Positions 14,601-26,724 of a DNA stretch of 64,000 nucleotides are shown here, piece after piece. This stretch comes from Podarcis liolepis. Taxonomy: Eukaryota. Within the stretch, counting starts at the first letter, position 1. Each line of letters begins with the position of its first letter. The position numbers were made by a program, and so were the translations under genes. The notes below the pieces were generated by a model, which made no database searches, had not been told where the DNA came from, and saw only the letters and a program-made list of their open reading frames with translations. The DNA is taken from NCBI GenBank assembly GCA_965112155.1, contig OZ218102.1; one strand, written 5' to 3'.

Positions 14601-14817
14601 TGCACAGCTCCGCCTCTCGCCGTCCCTCCCGCGAGTCAGTGCCGGAGCCCGGCGCTCCAGCGTGGGGACGCCCTGGGGGGATGCGGCTCCCACGAAGGCA
14701 ACCCGCCCCCTCCCCTTGTGGTGGAGATGCCATTCACTGAGGAAGCCTGAGCGTTGAGGCTGGGGGCGAGCGAAGCAGCTGCCGGTTGAGGAGGGGATCG
14801 CGCTGGGGGAGCGGGTC

Positions 14818-14838
14818 GTCAGCACCGCGGACAGCGCT
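14818..14838 (+). promoter_or_regulatory. RE1/NRSE (REST-binding site) 1
   Basis: GTCAGCACCGCGGACAGCGCT, 18/21 to consensus TTCAGCACCACGGACAGCGCC. Confidence 0.85.
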
Positions 14839-14876
14839 AGGCGGGGCGCTTTGCCCCCGACTCCTGCGCCTCCCAT

Positions 14877-14897
14877 TCCAGCACTAAGGACAGCGCA
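14877..14897 (+). promoter_or_regulatory. RE1/NRSE (REST-binding site) 2
   Basis: TCCAGCACTAAGGACAGCGCA, 17/21 to consensus. Confidence 0.65.
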
Positions 14898-15131
14898 GAA
14901 CTCTCCACGCCCGTTGCCCACCGCGCTTCCCCGCCGCGGACGCCGCCCCAGCCCTGCGGGTGGCAACAAGCTCCGGGGAGCCGAGCGCTTCCTCCGCCTG
15001 CGGCAACAGGGACATCGCCCTTAGGTCGGCTTCCTGGGAAAGGAGGAGCCGTCGTCACCAACCTGCTCTAGCCTCGGCTTCGGACTCCCGGGCTCCCGAG
15101 CAGCGTGGAGCAACCACGCTGGCAGCACAAC

Positions 15132-15143
15132 ATGGCAACCGAG
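15132..15143 (+). CDS. GOLGA7B: GOLGA7B coding exon 1 (MATE)
   Basis: aacATGGCAACCGAG|gtgagc: good Kozak context and donor, inside the CpG island. Confidence 0.92.
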
Positions 15144-15799
15144 GTGAGCAGCGCGGGGAAAGCAAGAAGCACAGGAGGAAGCTCTGTCGAGTCATGGCAG
15201 CCGCCGGGAAGCATCTCCTCCTGCCTTGCCTGCCTAGTTTCTGCCCGGTGCGGTAGGAGATCGCCAGACCAGGCGACCCTCACCGAGGCTGGCTGCTCCG
15301 GCACCGCATCCTCTGGGTTTGTTCTGCAGGCCCCAGAAGTCCCTTGTGCCTCCGACTTCAGCGCGGGTTAAAGAAAGGCAGCGCCGAGAGCCTCCGGCGT
15401 GTGTCTGGGGCTAGGGTGGTTGGCATGTCATGGCTCCCTCCCCCAGCTTGGCGCTTCCCCTGCTCCGCAATCCTGGGTCACTAAACAAGGCAGGGCATTG
15501 CTAATAGAGAACGAGACCTCGCTATGCTCAGTGGCTGAGGCAGCGTGTTTCTATGGGTGCAGCGCAGAGTCTCATGGCAGTACCTGCCAGCGTCAGGCAA
15601 GGGTCAGGAGGACGACAAGAGGAAGCCACAGGGCGAGGACAGCAGCACCCCGATGCTTCCCCAGGCTGTCCTTTGCATGTGGCTCTGGTGATGGAGGATG
15701 AGACCACCTGTGGCATACGACTCTCCTCTTTAAGTGTGGGTCCCATTAACCAGCTTTGTGAATCACCGGCAGCCACCCCCATTGCTCCGTGTGGAAGGT

Positions 15800-15950
15800 C
15801 TCAGTAGTAGAGCCCTGGGACCTCCAGGTAGGACTGAGAGAGACCCCTGCCTGAAATCCTGGAGAGCCATTGCCAGCCAGTGTGGGCAATACTGAGCTAA
15901 GATGGACCAATTATGTGGCACAGCATAAGGCAGCTTCCTAGGTTCCTATG
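15800..15950 (+). mobile_element. Squamate SINE fragment (Squam3-like 3' part)
   Basis: Similar to the copies at 29504-29920; tail GGCAGCTTCCTAGGTTCCTATG. Confidence 0.55.
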
Positions 15951-17299
15951 TGGGGTTCAGAGCAGAGCAGAAAGGGTGGGGGAACGGGGATCCAGCAGCG
16001 CGATCTGCCCAGGTGTCCTATAGCCAGGAGCTCTCCAAAGTCAGCTCCTTCATCTTACACCTCAAGTCCATCCCTTAGGGCTGTTCTCCACAACCTATGC
16101 TCTTCACCTTCCCCCTCCAGCGCCACAAAACAAGGTCTTGTTTACTGTCGTTGTTGTGCTGCTGCCGATGCAGCACCGAGCAGGCGAAAATGGTCTGAGC
16201 CGGAATGGGAACTACCGAAAGGTTGTTACTAGGGGAAAGGCGGCAGTTTCTAAATGCGGGTGGTGCGGCGCGCGGGGGGGGGGGGGGTTGCAGCCTGCTA
16301 CTAACGCCACAGCAAGGCATCCCTGTAAAAGGCCAAAGCATCTGAGCACACGGTGCGCCCTGAACCCCTCCCCTGTAGAGTAGACCACTTCCCCTTCCTG
16401 CTAGGAAAGTCAATAATTTTTATCCCAGCAGATCTTCAGCATCGCAACCCTTGTTGTTGAGGTTAGGACCTCGGTTGACTCCCATCTTGCACATGCTCAG
16501 ATTAAATAACCCTTGACTTGAGCCCAAACCCTCTTGGGAAAAAACGAGGGCTGTTCCAAAATCCAGGTAGAAAACAACTGCTGACTTTCTCAACATCTAG
16601 AATGATTTATGAATCTGGAGGACCCGAGATCCAATATAACAGAGCATGTGGGAAATTTAATGAGGTCAGAACCCGAGGCATACCTTTTTTGAAGTCTTGT
16701 AAGGAGACGTCTAATAGGAAGGAAAGGTGTGTGCTCCCTGCCAGACAGGGTGGGGGCTGCTTGCAAACTGGGAAGAAATATAAGATTTCATCATGCCTCT
16801 AAATAAAGCCAGCATCAGACTGCGAACAGGCAGGATGACAGATTATCCTACACTTGCTTCCCAGGGGATCTGAAATGCCTCTTGGAAGGTTTGAAACTGG
16901 GCTGAAAGGATTTCTAGATTATATATACTGGGCAGCTACAGAAGTTTAAAAAGGTAAAGGACCCCTGACAGTTAAGTCCAATTCCACAAAGCTCATTAGA
17001 AACTAAAGTCAGTGGGATGGACCCTGGAGCTAAGAGGTGTGCAGTTCCATATCGATTCTTAATCACTCTGGGATTCATCACAAATAGGAGAGGAATAGCT
17101 TGAGACACAAAATCTGCTGCCACCTCTTGGAATTATCCGTCACACAGCTCTAACTCCCAGCAATCCTATTCAGGATTTTGCAAGCTGTCAGTTGGCATAT
17201 ACTGCTGCAGTTAATTTCTGTTTTCTTTCTGTTACTCCATTCTACAGTACATCTTTCAGTGTTGGTTTTAACGTTTTGGACCTGCTATGTTTCAACTCA

Positions 17300-17850
17300 A
17301 GCTGAGTAAATTTCAATAAGTTTTTGAACTGATTTTTGAGAGCACATAACAGCTAGATAGTTGGTTTTTTAAAATAGTTTTTGCCAAAAGTGCACTTTCT
17401 TGTTCTGTTAATAGCTTATTGACTTGCCACATCCTCATTCAGCATATTCCATTATAAATAATTGGTAAACCAATGAGTCATACAACCTGGAAAATCAAGA
17501 TACAGAAGTACACCTCAATAACAACAAGGTGTTCCATACCTAACTATGTATTTTATCCTCACACTATCAAACCCTCAAAAATGACGTGTTTCCATCAAAA
17601 TATTTTTGTGAAATTGATTTTTCCAGAAGGTTATTAAATAGTTCCAATTTTCTGTATAGCTTCTAATTGTGTTAATCCTATTCCCATACTGAATCAAACA
17701 ACATGTATTAACTTTATCAATTAACAGATGTTCCATGCATTCATAACTCTTTCATAGCTTTAAGTTATTCTTCCAAATTGTTTTTGTGATTTCAATTCTT
17801 GCAGATATAATTTGGTTATTGAAAATCCTCTGGTTTTATCCATGTCCTCT
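17300..17850 (-). mobile_element. Degenerate L1/Tx1-like ORF2 fragment
   Basis: T-rich plus strand; weak minus-strand resemblance to post-RT L1 motifs. Confidence 0.4.
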
Positions 17851-18651
17851 GCTCTATAACACAGGAGAAACCTTAATGGTATTAAAGGCAATACAGAGAG
17901 AATGGGCTTTTACAGAATTGGCGTGTGTGTGTGTTTCAAAAAGATGGAAAAATAATGCATTACAATGCAGAAAAATATAGGTAGTGCCAAGCTTATTTTC
18001 TTCTGACATAATTTTTGTACATCTCCATTTCTTTAAGCTTTCTTATTTATCCCTCTTTCTGTCTGATTAACTGTGTCTTTGGGAGTCTGTGTGAAGGGCT
18101 TGGGAAGCTTCTGGAGAAAAGGCAATCTCCTTCAAAAGCAATTTAGTTCTGCTGCAGAACAAATTATAAGTATAGCTGGAAATACAGAATTAATAGGATT
18201 TTTTATTTTTATTTTGGTTACCCACAGTTTAGTTCACACTCACATATACATTACATCATTGCATGGGTCAAACACAGTGGACCTTACTCCAAATGGAACC
18301 AGGACACTTTGAAAGAATAAAGAAAAGTGTCTGGTTTTACCAGCAATTTTTCAGAACTGTTTGGATACTTCATGAAGAAGGAAACTGCATGAGGTTTTTA
18401 AAGGCTTAGATAATCTGGGTTTAGGAAATGCAAGTGTCAAGAGAACACAAAAAGTAATATGGCATGACAAAGACGAAGATGCTGAGCATAATTGTTAGGA
18501 ACAAGTGACTCAATGTATTGTTTCATGCGTCTTATGCAGTTTAATTATTACTGTGACACAATAAGGTAGGGCAGAAATGGGTCGTGAACCCAGGATTACC
18601 CACACCGAGTCTAATGCTCCAGTCATTGAGGCACACTGCTCACTGCTCAGT

Positions 18652-18674
18652 TGTGTGTGTGTGTGTGTGTGTGT
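18652..18674. repeat. (TG)n microsatellite
   Basis: Read directly. Confidence 0.9.
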
Positions 18675-20127
18675 ATACACCCCACCCCACCCCTTCTGGA
18701 TGAAATAGGACCAGAAAGGAAACACCCATTAGAATTGCCAGGGGATATTCAGCTACAAGCTGGCAGTTTATGAAGTTATATTCATATAGTCACAAATCTA
18801 GGGGCGGCTGGAACAACTCAGAGTGTTTAACAAAAATGTTTATAATGGGTTAGCCTCAGGAAGGATACACACTTTTACTCCCTAAAGTTATGTGACAGAT
18901 GTCTGCAGTGTTTATGGAGGATCTTGCTTTGGGGTTGTAGTTCTTGAGCCTACGTTAAATAAGGAGACAGATGCCAAGGCTAGACTCCATATCAGCCTGA
19001 GGCTCTTACCTTTTTACCATGCATGATCTGCTGCTCTTACTTTTTATCTGTGTCTTTGGCTGGCTGGGATTCAAACTGGAGGTGGGATGAGTCTATACAT
19101 TCAGCTCAATCCAGTCTCGGAGTTGGCTGGCAACCAGGGGAAGAAAGAGTGTTTGGGGAGCAAAAAAACCCTCTGTGGTTTATTCTGGAAGAACTTGTTC
19201 TTGCTTTGTTAGGTGTGTCTCTTCAATTGAGGTCATCCTGTGATCTTTCCTATATGTTCCTGCCAGCCCCACTCTTTGTAAGATATATAACCCCAGAGTT
19301 TCAGGTTTTCCAGTCATTGATGGTCTTGGGAACCTGCTCCATTGCTTACTACGGAGCATCTTGCCAAGTTCCATTGATAGTCCTCTTGCTCCAACAGCAG
19401 CAGGCACATGTTGCTTGTATATAGGGATAGCCCATAAAATGCAATAGGAGGGCTGATTCACACATGGAGGTTGCACAGTTCTCAGCCAATAATGTGCACT
19501 GCCTCAGTCGGAAATTACTATCTGTTGTGACATAAAAGCTTCATGGTGTTTGATCTACGATGACTGTTTTACACATCTAAGTTACTAGCTAATGAGTATG
19601 GATGTATGAATTTACTCCATGTCTAACCTTCAAACTGCATTTCCAAATCTAAAATCCTTACCAATATTCTAAGGTGATGCTCAAGAGATAAGGAACTGTG
19701 TTATAATCCACTGCAGCAGGGCTTACCAAAATTGTGAACTACAGTCTCATAGAACATATTTTCAATCAGTTTTGGGTAGGTTTGCAATGCTGAATTGGTT
19801 AAACAGCTGTTGAATGGCCTTCTGGTCAACTAAAGAGATGCCCTCCAGATAAGTAGCAGATCAAAACAACTGTTCTTTAAATGCAAGCAAGTGTCAGACG
19901 CCATCTTAGAAGAGTCATTCTTGCTTCTTGCTCACACAACTCTTGCTTCTTGCTCACACAACTCTTCTGAGATGGTACTCTCAATGAGGAGTGGCACATC
20001 ATCCAAAAAACAATGGGTGGCATCCAAACCTGTGCAAGCCATGTTCCATTTGTGCAAAGTAACTCACCTTCCTCTCCTCTTGCCCTGCACCCTGCACCCA
20101 GAGTGTTTGTGGGGATGGCTGAAGGGG

Positions 20128-20297
20128 CAGTGGCGTAGCGTGGGTTGTCAGCACCCGGGGCAAGGCAAGTAATTTGTGCCCCCTAACCCGTGGATTTGCG
20201 CCCCCTAACCCGTGGATTTGCGCCCCCTAACCCTAACCCCCAGATGTTGCGCCCGGTGCGGCCGGCCCCCCCCTGCACCCCCCATGCTACGCCACTG
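20128..20297. mobile_element. 170-bp hAT-type MITE with internal minisatellite
   Basis: TIR CAGTGGCGTAGC, perfect 8-bp TSD TGAAGGGG, intact CpGs. Confidence 0.92.
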
Positions 20298-20684
20298 TGA
20301 AGGGGAGATGAGAGAAGGGGATATTTCCAATGCACAAGCAGAAATCAGTTGCATGAGAAGAGCAGCATTGACTATAACCCAATAACAGTACTCCATAATC
20401 ATAACTATTTTTTTAAAAAAATTATTTGTATCCAAGTCCATGTAGATTCAGGGACTCTTTAGAGCAGGGGTGAAGAACCTGCAGCCCTCCAGGTGGTGTT
20501 GGGCTCCATCTTCCACCAACCCCTGCTAGCATGAACAATGGATAAAGAGAGTTGTAATCCAGCAATATTTGGAGGGCCACAAATTCCTGCCTTAGATGCA
20601 TGGCCTCAGGGTATGGTGTGAGTTTCCCCCACTGTTCTAGAAGGGACCTTTGCCTGTTGTAACCACCTGCCTCTGCTCTGCCAG

Positions 20685-20810
20685 GTCCACAATCTCCAAG
20701 AACTACGGCGGAGTGCTTCCCTGGCCACCAAGGTCTTTGTTCAGCGGGACTACAGTGACGGGACCATCTGCCAGTTCCAGACCAAATTCCCTCCAGAGCT
20801 GGACAGCCGG
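20685..20810 (+). CDS. GOLGA7B: GOLGA7B coding exon 2
   Basis: ctgccag|GTC...CGG|gtacag; [42 protein letters not shown] (126 nt). Confidence 0.97.
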
Positions 20811-21255
20811 GTACAGCCAGTTTTCTCACAGGGTTCATGCTGACTGGTGAAGTAGGTGACAAATCCTTATGTCAGACAAAGGCATTGTAGTCTGGATGCC
20901 ACTGAGAGCAAGGTGTTAGTGCACCAATGATGTTTCAGATGCTCTAGAAATCTTAAGCTGCAGAGAGTGGTTTGCTGCCTTCTTAAACACCTGGGGTATG
21001 CCTCATTTCCTTTTATGATTTATTCTAACTTGTTAGCTGTTGTGATCATATACAAAATGCATAGCAGACCATCATGCTCAAAGATGTGAACACACACTTC
21101 CATTCCACCGTACACCTGCTCTTGTTCCAATGCTCCCTTCTCCATGATAGCATCTATTATTGTGCACTGGGTGAAAGATGGGTGCCATAAACAATGGAAG
21201 GCCTCCTGTGTATACATCTTATGGCATTCTTTCTCTCTTTTTCTCCTCACCAAAG

Positions 21256-21408
21256 ATTGAGCGGCAACTTTTTGAAGAAACTGTGAAGACCCTCAACAAC
21301 TTCTATGCGGAGGCTGAGAAAATAGGGGGCAGCTCCTACCTGGAGGGATGTCTGGCCTGTGCCACAGCCTACTTCATCTTCCTCTGCATGGAGACCCGCT
21401 ATGAGAAG
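21256..21408 (+). CDS. GOLGA7B: GOLGA7B coding exon 3
   Basis: caaag|ATT...AAG|gtttgg; [51 protein letters not shown] (153 nt), includes the Cys cluster. Confidence 0.97.
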
Positions 21409-21620
21409 GTTTGGAGCCACAACATGCATTGTATTGTGATATAACAATTGACGTTGTTGCTATATAATATTGATTGGTCAATATGGAGTGTGTAAGTTAG
21501 ATGAACCACCTGATTATCCACGTTCGTAAGATGTAGATTCCTTGTTTCTGCCATATTTAACAATATCCTGTCCAACCTCTTCTTGTGCCAATAATCTCAA
21601 TTTGTGAATCATTGGAGTTA

Positions 21621-21971
21621 AAGGTAAAGGTAAAGGGACACCTGACCATTAGGTCCAGTCGTGTCTGACTCTGGGGTTGCGGCACTCATCTCGCTTTACT
21701 GGCCGAGGGAGCCGGCATACAGCTTCTGGGTCATGTGGCCAGCATGACTAAGCCGCTTCTGGTGAACCAGAGCAGTGCACGGAAATGCTGTTTACCTTCC
21801 CGCCACAGTGGTACCTATTTATCTACTTGCACTTTGACGTGCTTTCGAACTGCTAGGTTGGCAGGAGCAGGGACTGAGCAACGGGAGCTCACTCCATTGC
21901 GGGGATTCGAACTGCCGACCTTCTGATCGGCAAGTCCTAGGCTCTGTGGTTTAACCCACAGTGCCACATCC
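21621..21971 (-). mobile_element. Sauria SINE
   Basis: (ACCTTT)n tail on minus; reverse complement of the copy at 53123; TSD-like TTGGAGTTA/TTGGGGTTA. Confidence 0.92.
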
Positions 21972-23786
21972 TTGGGGTTAGGACTGAACTAAATAGGATA
22001 TAAAGGGTTACCATCCATAAATGTTGTGATCACAACTATTGTAGCAAAGCTGTAGCAAACTGATGCTATCCATCGGTGCATATGGTGCTGAAGCACCCAG
22101 AAATTAGAATGCCAAGCTGATGTTTTTATTTATATACTTGCTTTTATTTACTTAATTGTGATAGTATGTGATCTGAATCCTGAACCCACACAACGTAGGA
22201 TCATGTAGACAATGAGGTCACACTGGCAGAGTTTTTAGCTTTGTCTGATATGCTGATGGCAGGAATCCAGTGAACACTTGGCTCATGCATATGGACTGAA
22301 GGATTACTTGCACATAATGAACACCTAGAGTTTCAAGAGTGGAGAGAGAAGCCCAGTGTGGACACATCCTCATTCTTTGGTTTTGTTCTTTAGAGTCCCC
22401 CCCCTCCTGGTTGCGTCTGAAATTTGCTTATCTCTAACAGCAGGTAGGCAGGGCCTTGAATATCCTTGCCTAGTAGAGAGCTCTGGTAGAATAGAACCAG
22501 GGAGACCTGCAGCAAAATGTTGCAGTGTGGAATGTTCTTGGGCTCCTCCAGATGACCTGTTTATTGAGCACTCATCCCAGTTTACTAGCACAAAGTTTTC
22601 AGGGCAATTTTACAATACCCTCTCTTTATTGAGCATTCCTCTTGAATTGTTTGTGGGGAGGTTATATGACTTCCTGTCAACTGACCATCATCACACACTT
22701 TTTAGTGAACTTCCTCATCACTTTCCTTCCTGCAAAAAGTCTGGAACTTTTTTAAAAGTAGATTTGTTGTGCCACAGCACTTTAACTGTGACAACTAAAA
22801 ATTCTGGTATGCAATTAAATTCTTCCTGCGATATAGTGACAGTCGTTCAGTACCCTCCCCAGGATACTCCATTACATTTTCCACCCAATCAGTTTTCCTC
22901 CCCCCACCAACATGCTGCAATAGTACTGCATGGCCACTGAACATGTTCTTTTTGGGGTTCCCTATAATTTCCCCCCTAAAGATTCTTTATACTTCTGCAA
23001 AAGTTAGAGTTTCCTGAAGCCTGTTGATACTTCCCTCTTGCCCATAGCTGTCTTAGCTTCATAATCAGTGGTACTGATGTCTGAACATAAGAAACAGAGG
23101 GAATAATGAACAGGATTAAAAGGGAAAGGCACATGATTTAAACTGACAGCCTGTTTCAAGCTGTAGGGAATGCTTTCTTTGTCACAGGTTTTGCTCAAAA
23201 TGTCAGACTTGACAACTCACTATTTTCCAGGGTTGAGAAAATATTCAAAATAGCAGAGCATTCTGATACACTTAACAGCTCTCCCTTCAGGTTTTATACA
23301 TTTCATCTGAATGTAGCTCTACCTTTCTGTGAAGTCTTCAGCTAATTTAGATTGGGCTCCCATGCATTCAAGATGTGATGCAGTCATTCACAGGGGCACA
23401 TAAATAGCGTAGGAGAGAGGCTAAAATAATTCTTTTGGTTTCACTTACAAAAAATGTTCTCAGGCAGATAGTAGGGCAACATGCTCTGTGTAGGAGCACA
23501 GTTAGGCAATAGAGTGACTTGTCTTGGGAAACTTTCAAAGATTGATGGTTATCAATCAGAGATTACTGAAACTGGGAATGGGATATCTAGGTCAACACCA
23601 GCTTCTGTTATTGAGGTGTTTCATCTGTTGAGGTTTCATGAAACACCTTTTCCTTCTTGAAGTAGGTGAATCGAAGAACTTCAGAGGATCCCAGTAAATG
23701 GATCATCTTCCCTATATTTTGTGTCTCATTCTGGGGCTACATCTTCGCCAAATAGTTGCTGAACGCTTGTCCAATTATCTCACCAG

Positions 23787-23888
23787 GTTCTGAAGAAGAT
23801 CTCCAAGTACATCCAAGAGCAGAATGAGAAAATCTATGCTCCTCGAGGGCTGTTGCTGACAGACCCAGTGGAACGGGGCATGCGAGTT
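23787..23888 (+). CDS. GOLGA7B: GOLGA7B coding exon 4
   Basis: caccag|GTT...GTT|gtatccttcc; [34 protein letters not shown] (102 nt). Confidence 0.97.
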
Positions 23889-26616
23889 GTATCCTTCCTG
23901 GTTAGCACCAAAGGGGAAAGATATGGTCACTATATAGATCACTCTTCTTACCCATGTGGCTGACTCTCACCAACACACACACACGACCATTTCCTGTGTC
24001 CCAGTTGAGATTCTCTGCTCCAAATTCAGCATTCAAGCTCAAAAAAGAAGTTGCGGGATCGTACTACTTAGTCTACTTACTTATTTTACAGTGTTTGTTT
24101 ACTGCTTTTGAACCACAATGGCTCTCAAAGCAGTTCACAAAAATAAAATCAGATCTACAGGCAGATGATATTACTCCACACAGCAACAAATCTGGACTCC
24201 CAAGTGCTATCAGTGATATTTCGAACAATAGCATTGTGTGACTCTGCTCCCTTGACAAGAGTTGGGGGAAATGGGGCAATATAAGGCTGAAGTTTTTAGG
24301 AACATAGGAAACTGCCTTATATGGAGTCAGACCATTGTCCCATCTTGCTCAGTACCACTGAGCTATGACCCTTCCTAACTGCTGCTCACTTTTCTGCTGC
24401 TCTCAGCAGATGGGATCAGCTGGTTTGAGGCACAGTGTGTGGACAGTGATGTCTAAAGTAACCCCCCAATTCCCTTTGCTGGTGTTGCTGCCTCCCCAGG
24501 TTCACCACAGTGCCACAGGAAATGACCCTTGCTCCCAAAGGGGCTACCAGGCCTATGCTTAGCAGCCAGAGGTTTATGGTCTTTGTGAAGGCAAGCTTCT
24601 TCACCAGAGGTTGTGTCCAGCTATTGCGGCTTCTGGCTCTGCTCCCTTGAAGGGATGTGGTGGCCAAGAAGAAGTGGGTACTGAAAGGCTCATGTGTTCC
24701 CTCCAACCCACCAAGCATTCCTGCTGCCTCTAGTGCTGCCAGGACTCACAGTTTCCTGAACTCGTCAGCAAAATGTATTTTAGCCTTCAAAAACACCAGC
24801 AAAACACCGGAGGGATTATAAAGGATGTGCTTGGGATGTGTTTGTTTAGAGCTTTAAAACTTTGCTCTTCAGATGAAAAAGGCTCGCAAAGACCAGAAAT
24901 AAAACAGTCCCTGCCCTCGGGCTCACAATCTAGGGGACACAGCACAAAATGAAAGAGATTTGGGAGGGAAGAGGTAAAAGCAAAGTCAGGTGCAAGTTTT
25001 TAGTTACAAAGAACATCTCATAATGGAAGGCAGTAGCATATAACTTTAGGGCTGTGCCTGCAAGAGTGAGCATGCAATACATTCATGGGGCAACGACTAC
25101 TTTTTGTGTAAGGAAAGATTAACTGTCTTATCATGTGCCTGCTTACTCTCTCAAACATAAGTTTCACTTAGTTCAGTAATACTTACTCCCAAGTTAATAA
25201 AGCATTGCACGCTTTCAACTATTTGGCTTAGATAAGTGGTGGTTAAGGAGTGGAAGTAGACAGATATGAAACTATGACTATGGAGCAACCTTCTTTCACC
25301 TTCTGTGTGATATCATACAGCAGGAATGGAAAACCTGTCACCCCACAGATGTTCTTAGGTTCCAGCTCCCATCAGCGCCAACCAACTTGGTTGGCCAATA
25401 GACTGGGATTATGAGATGGAAGCCACAGATTAAGCGCTCGTCCACACTTCTGCTTGTCATGCCACTTTCCCTGGGGTAATGCAGCTCTTTACCGCTGAAT
25501 CGGAGCAAATGTCGATTGGGTTTTCCATGGACTGACACTTGCTCCAATTCAGCGGTAAAGAGCAGGTTTTCCTGGGGAAAGAGGTGGGGCAAACAGAAAA
25601 CCTCTGGGACCTGTTCTTTCTAGGCGAGGGATAAGTGGAAGTGAGCAGATGCTCCAGCAACACAGGATGCCAACCCCTTCTGTAGAAGAAGGCACCTGAT
25701 GTCAGATAAAAACAGATGAGGCATATTTTTACCCAGTGCATAGTTGACTTGTGGAACCACAACAACATGCATTTGAGACAAAGCAACTGCCTGAAAGGTG
25801 TGCTGTCATTTCATATTTCAGCTGCACATGCCAAACTGTCTGAGGTTGGAACAGTCAGGAACTTGCTCTTACCAGATCAGCTGATGTCTTACAACAGGGG
25901 TGAGGAAACTTCTTAAGTCTGAGGCCTCGTTTCCTTGTGGGGAACCTCCCAAGGGCTACTTGCTAGTGGTGGGTGATGCCAGAGGCAAAGCTGGGTGAAA
26001 GATCAGATGGGACTCTTCCAGCATAAATCGGAGGTTTATATACACACATCTGTCCAGCCAGGCAGAAGAACTCAAGGTGGACATACAGCAAGATTGTCCC
26101 AGGAGGGGCATGGTCTAGGGCACGGCTGTCAAACACAAGGCCCACGGGCCGAATCCAGCCTGCCAGACCTCGTCATGTGGCCCGTGTAGCCGGCCGCCAG
26201 CCTTCACCTTTTATTCTCGCTTCTTTTTTTTTTTTTTGACACAAGAAAGCCGCCTCTTCAGCGCATGCGTGGCAGCCTACAAGCCAGAGAATGTCTGCCC
26301 TCTAGCGGCGCCGGCCGTTCTACACAGGAAACCTCCACTTTACATGCATTCCTACAGATACAACTGGCCCTTTGAGGGTGACCAAACTGCTGATGCGGCC
26401 CCCGATGAATTTGAGTTTGATACCCCTGGTCTAGGGAGTTTCCTAGAGGCTGGATGGAGAGATCTGGAGGGACACAGTTGGCCCCTGGGCTGGAGGTTCC
26501 CCACCCTGTCCTACAGCATTGTCAAGCTCAATGTGCATTTGTGGCTGCTGAACAGGGGTGTGTGAGGCTACTAGCTCTCCTTGTTCCCTGTGTCCTCCTT
26601 ATCCTCTTGCCCACAG
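23889..26616 (+). other. GOLGA7B: U12-type (minor spliceosome) GT-AG intron of GOLGA7B
   Basis: 5' splice site GTATCCTTCC; branch-point-like TCCTTATC about 13 nt upstream of the acceptor AG. Confidence 0.85.
26121..26428. mobile_element. hAT (Charlie-like) non-autonomous element
   Basis: TIR CACGGCTGTCAAAC / GTTTGATACCCCTG, perfect 8-bp TSD GTCTAGGG; sibling at 35618. Confidence 0.92.
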
Positions 26617-26724
26617 ATCGAGATCTCCATCTATGAGGATCGTTGCAGCAGTTCCAGCTCTGGCAGCTCAAGCAGCAGCAACAGCAGTGCTGGCGGCGGG
26701 GGTGGGGGAGCCGGGGGCCGGTGA
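26617..26724 (+). CDS. GOLGA7B: GOLGA7B coding exon 5 (to first TGA)
   Basis: ccacag|ATC...CGG TGA; IEISIYEDRCSSSSSGSSSSSNSSAGGGGGGAGGR*. Confidence 0.96.
   Translation: MEISIYEDRCSSSSSGSSSSSNSSAGGGGGGAGGR

Larger units (their letters stand above)
14420..15400. promoter_or_regulatory. CpG island / GOLGA7B promoter and first exon
   Basis: Abrupt GC- and CpG-rich stretch around the first coding exon in otherwise CpG-depleted DNA. Confidence 0.85.
15132..26724 (+). other. GOLGA7B: GOLGA7B gene span, ATG to stop (5 coding exons, 166 aa; golgin A7 family member B, DHHC palmitoyltransferase accessory subunit)
   Basis: Manual splicing gives [30 protein letters not shown]...IEISIYEDRCSSSSSGSSSSSNSSAGGGGGGAGGR*, matching recalled vertebrate GOLGA7B. 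All introns are phase 0, GT-AG. Tail-to-tail with CRTAC1, as in human. Confidence 0.97.

Noticed and set aside
14367-14969. 200-aa minus-strand ORF and other overlapping ORFs
   Set aside because: Expected stop-codon depletion in a GC-rich CpG island
14910-15140. RFX X-box motifs (GTTGCC/GGCAAC) in the promoter
   Set aside because: Half-sites only, one overlapping the start codon; too weak to call
22356-22940. 194-aa intronic ORF
   Set aside because: GTG start, no domain, no coding-like bias or splice support
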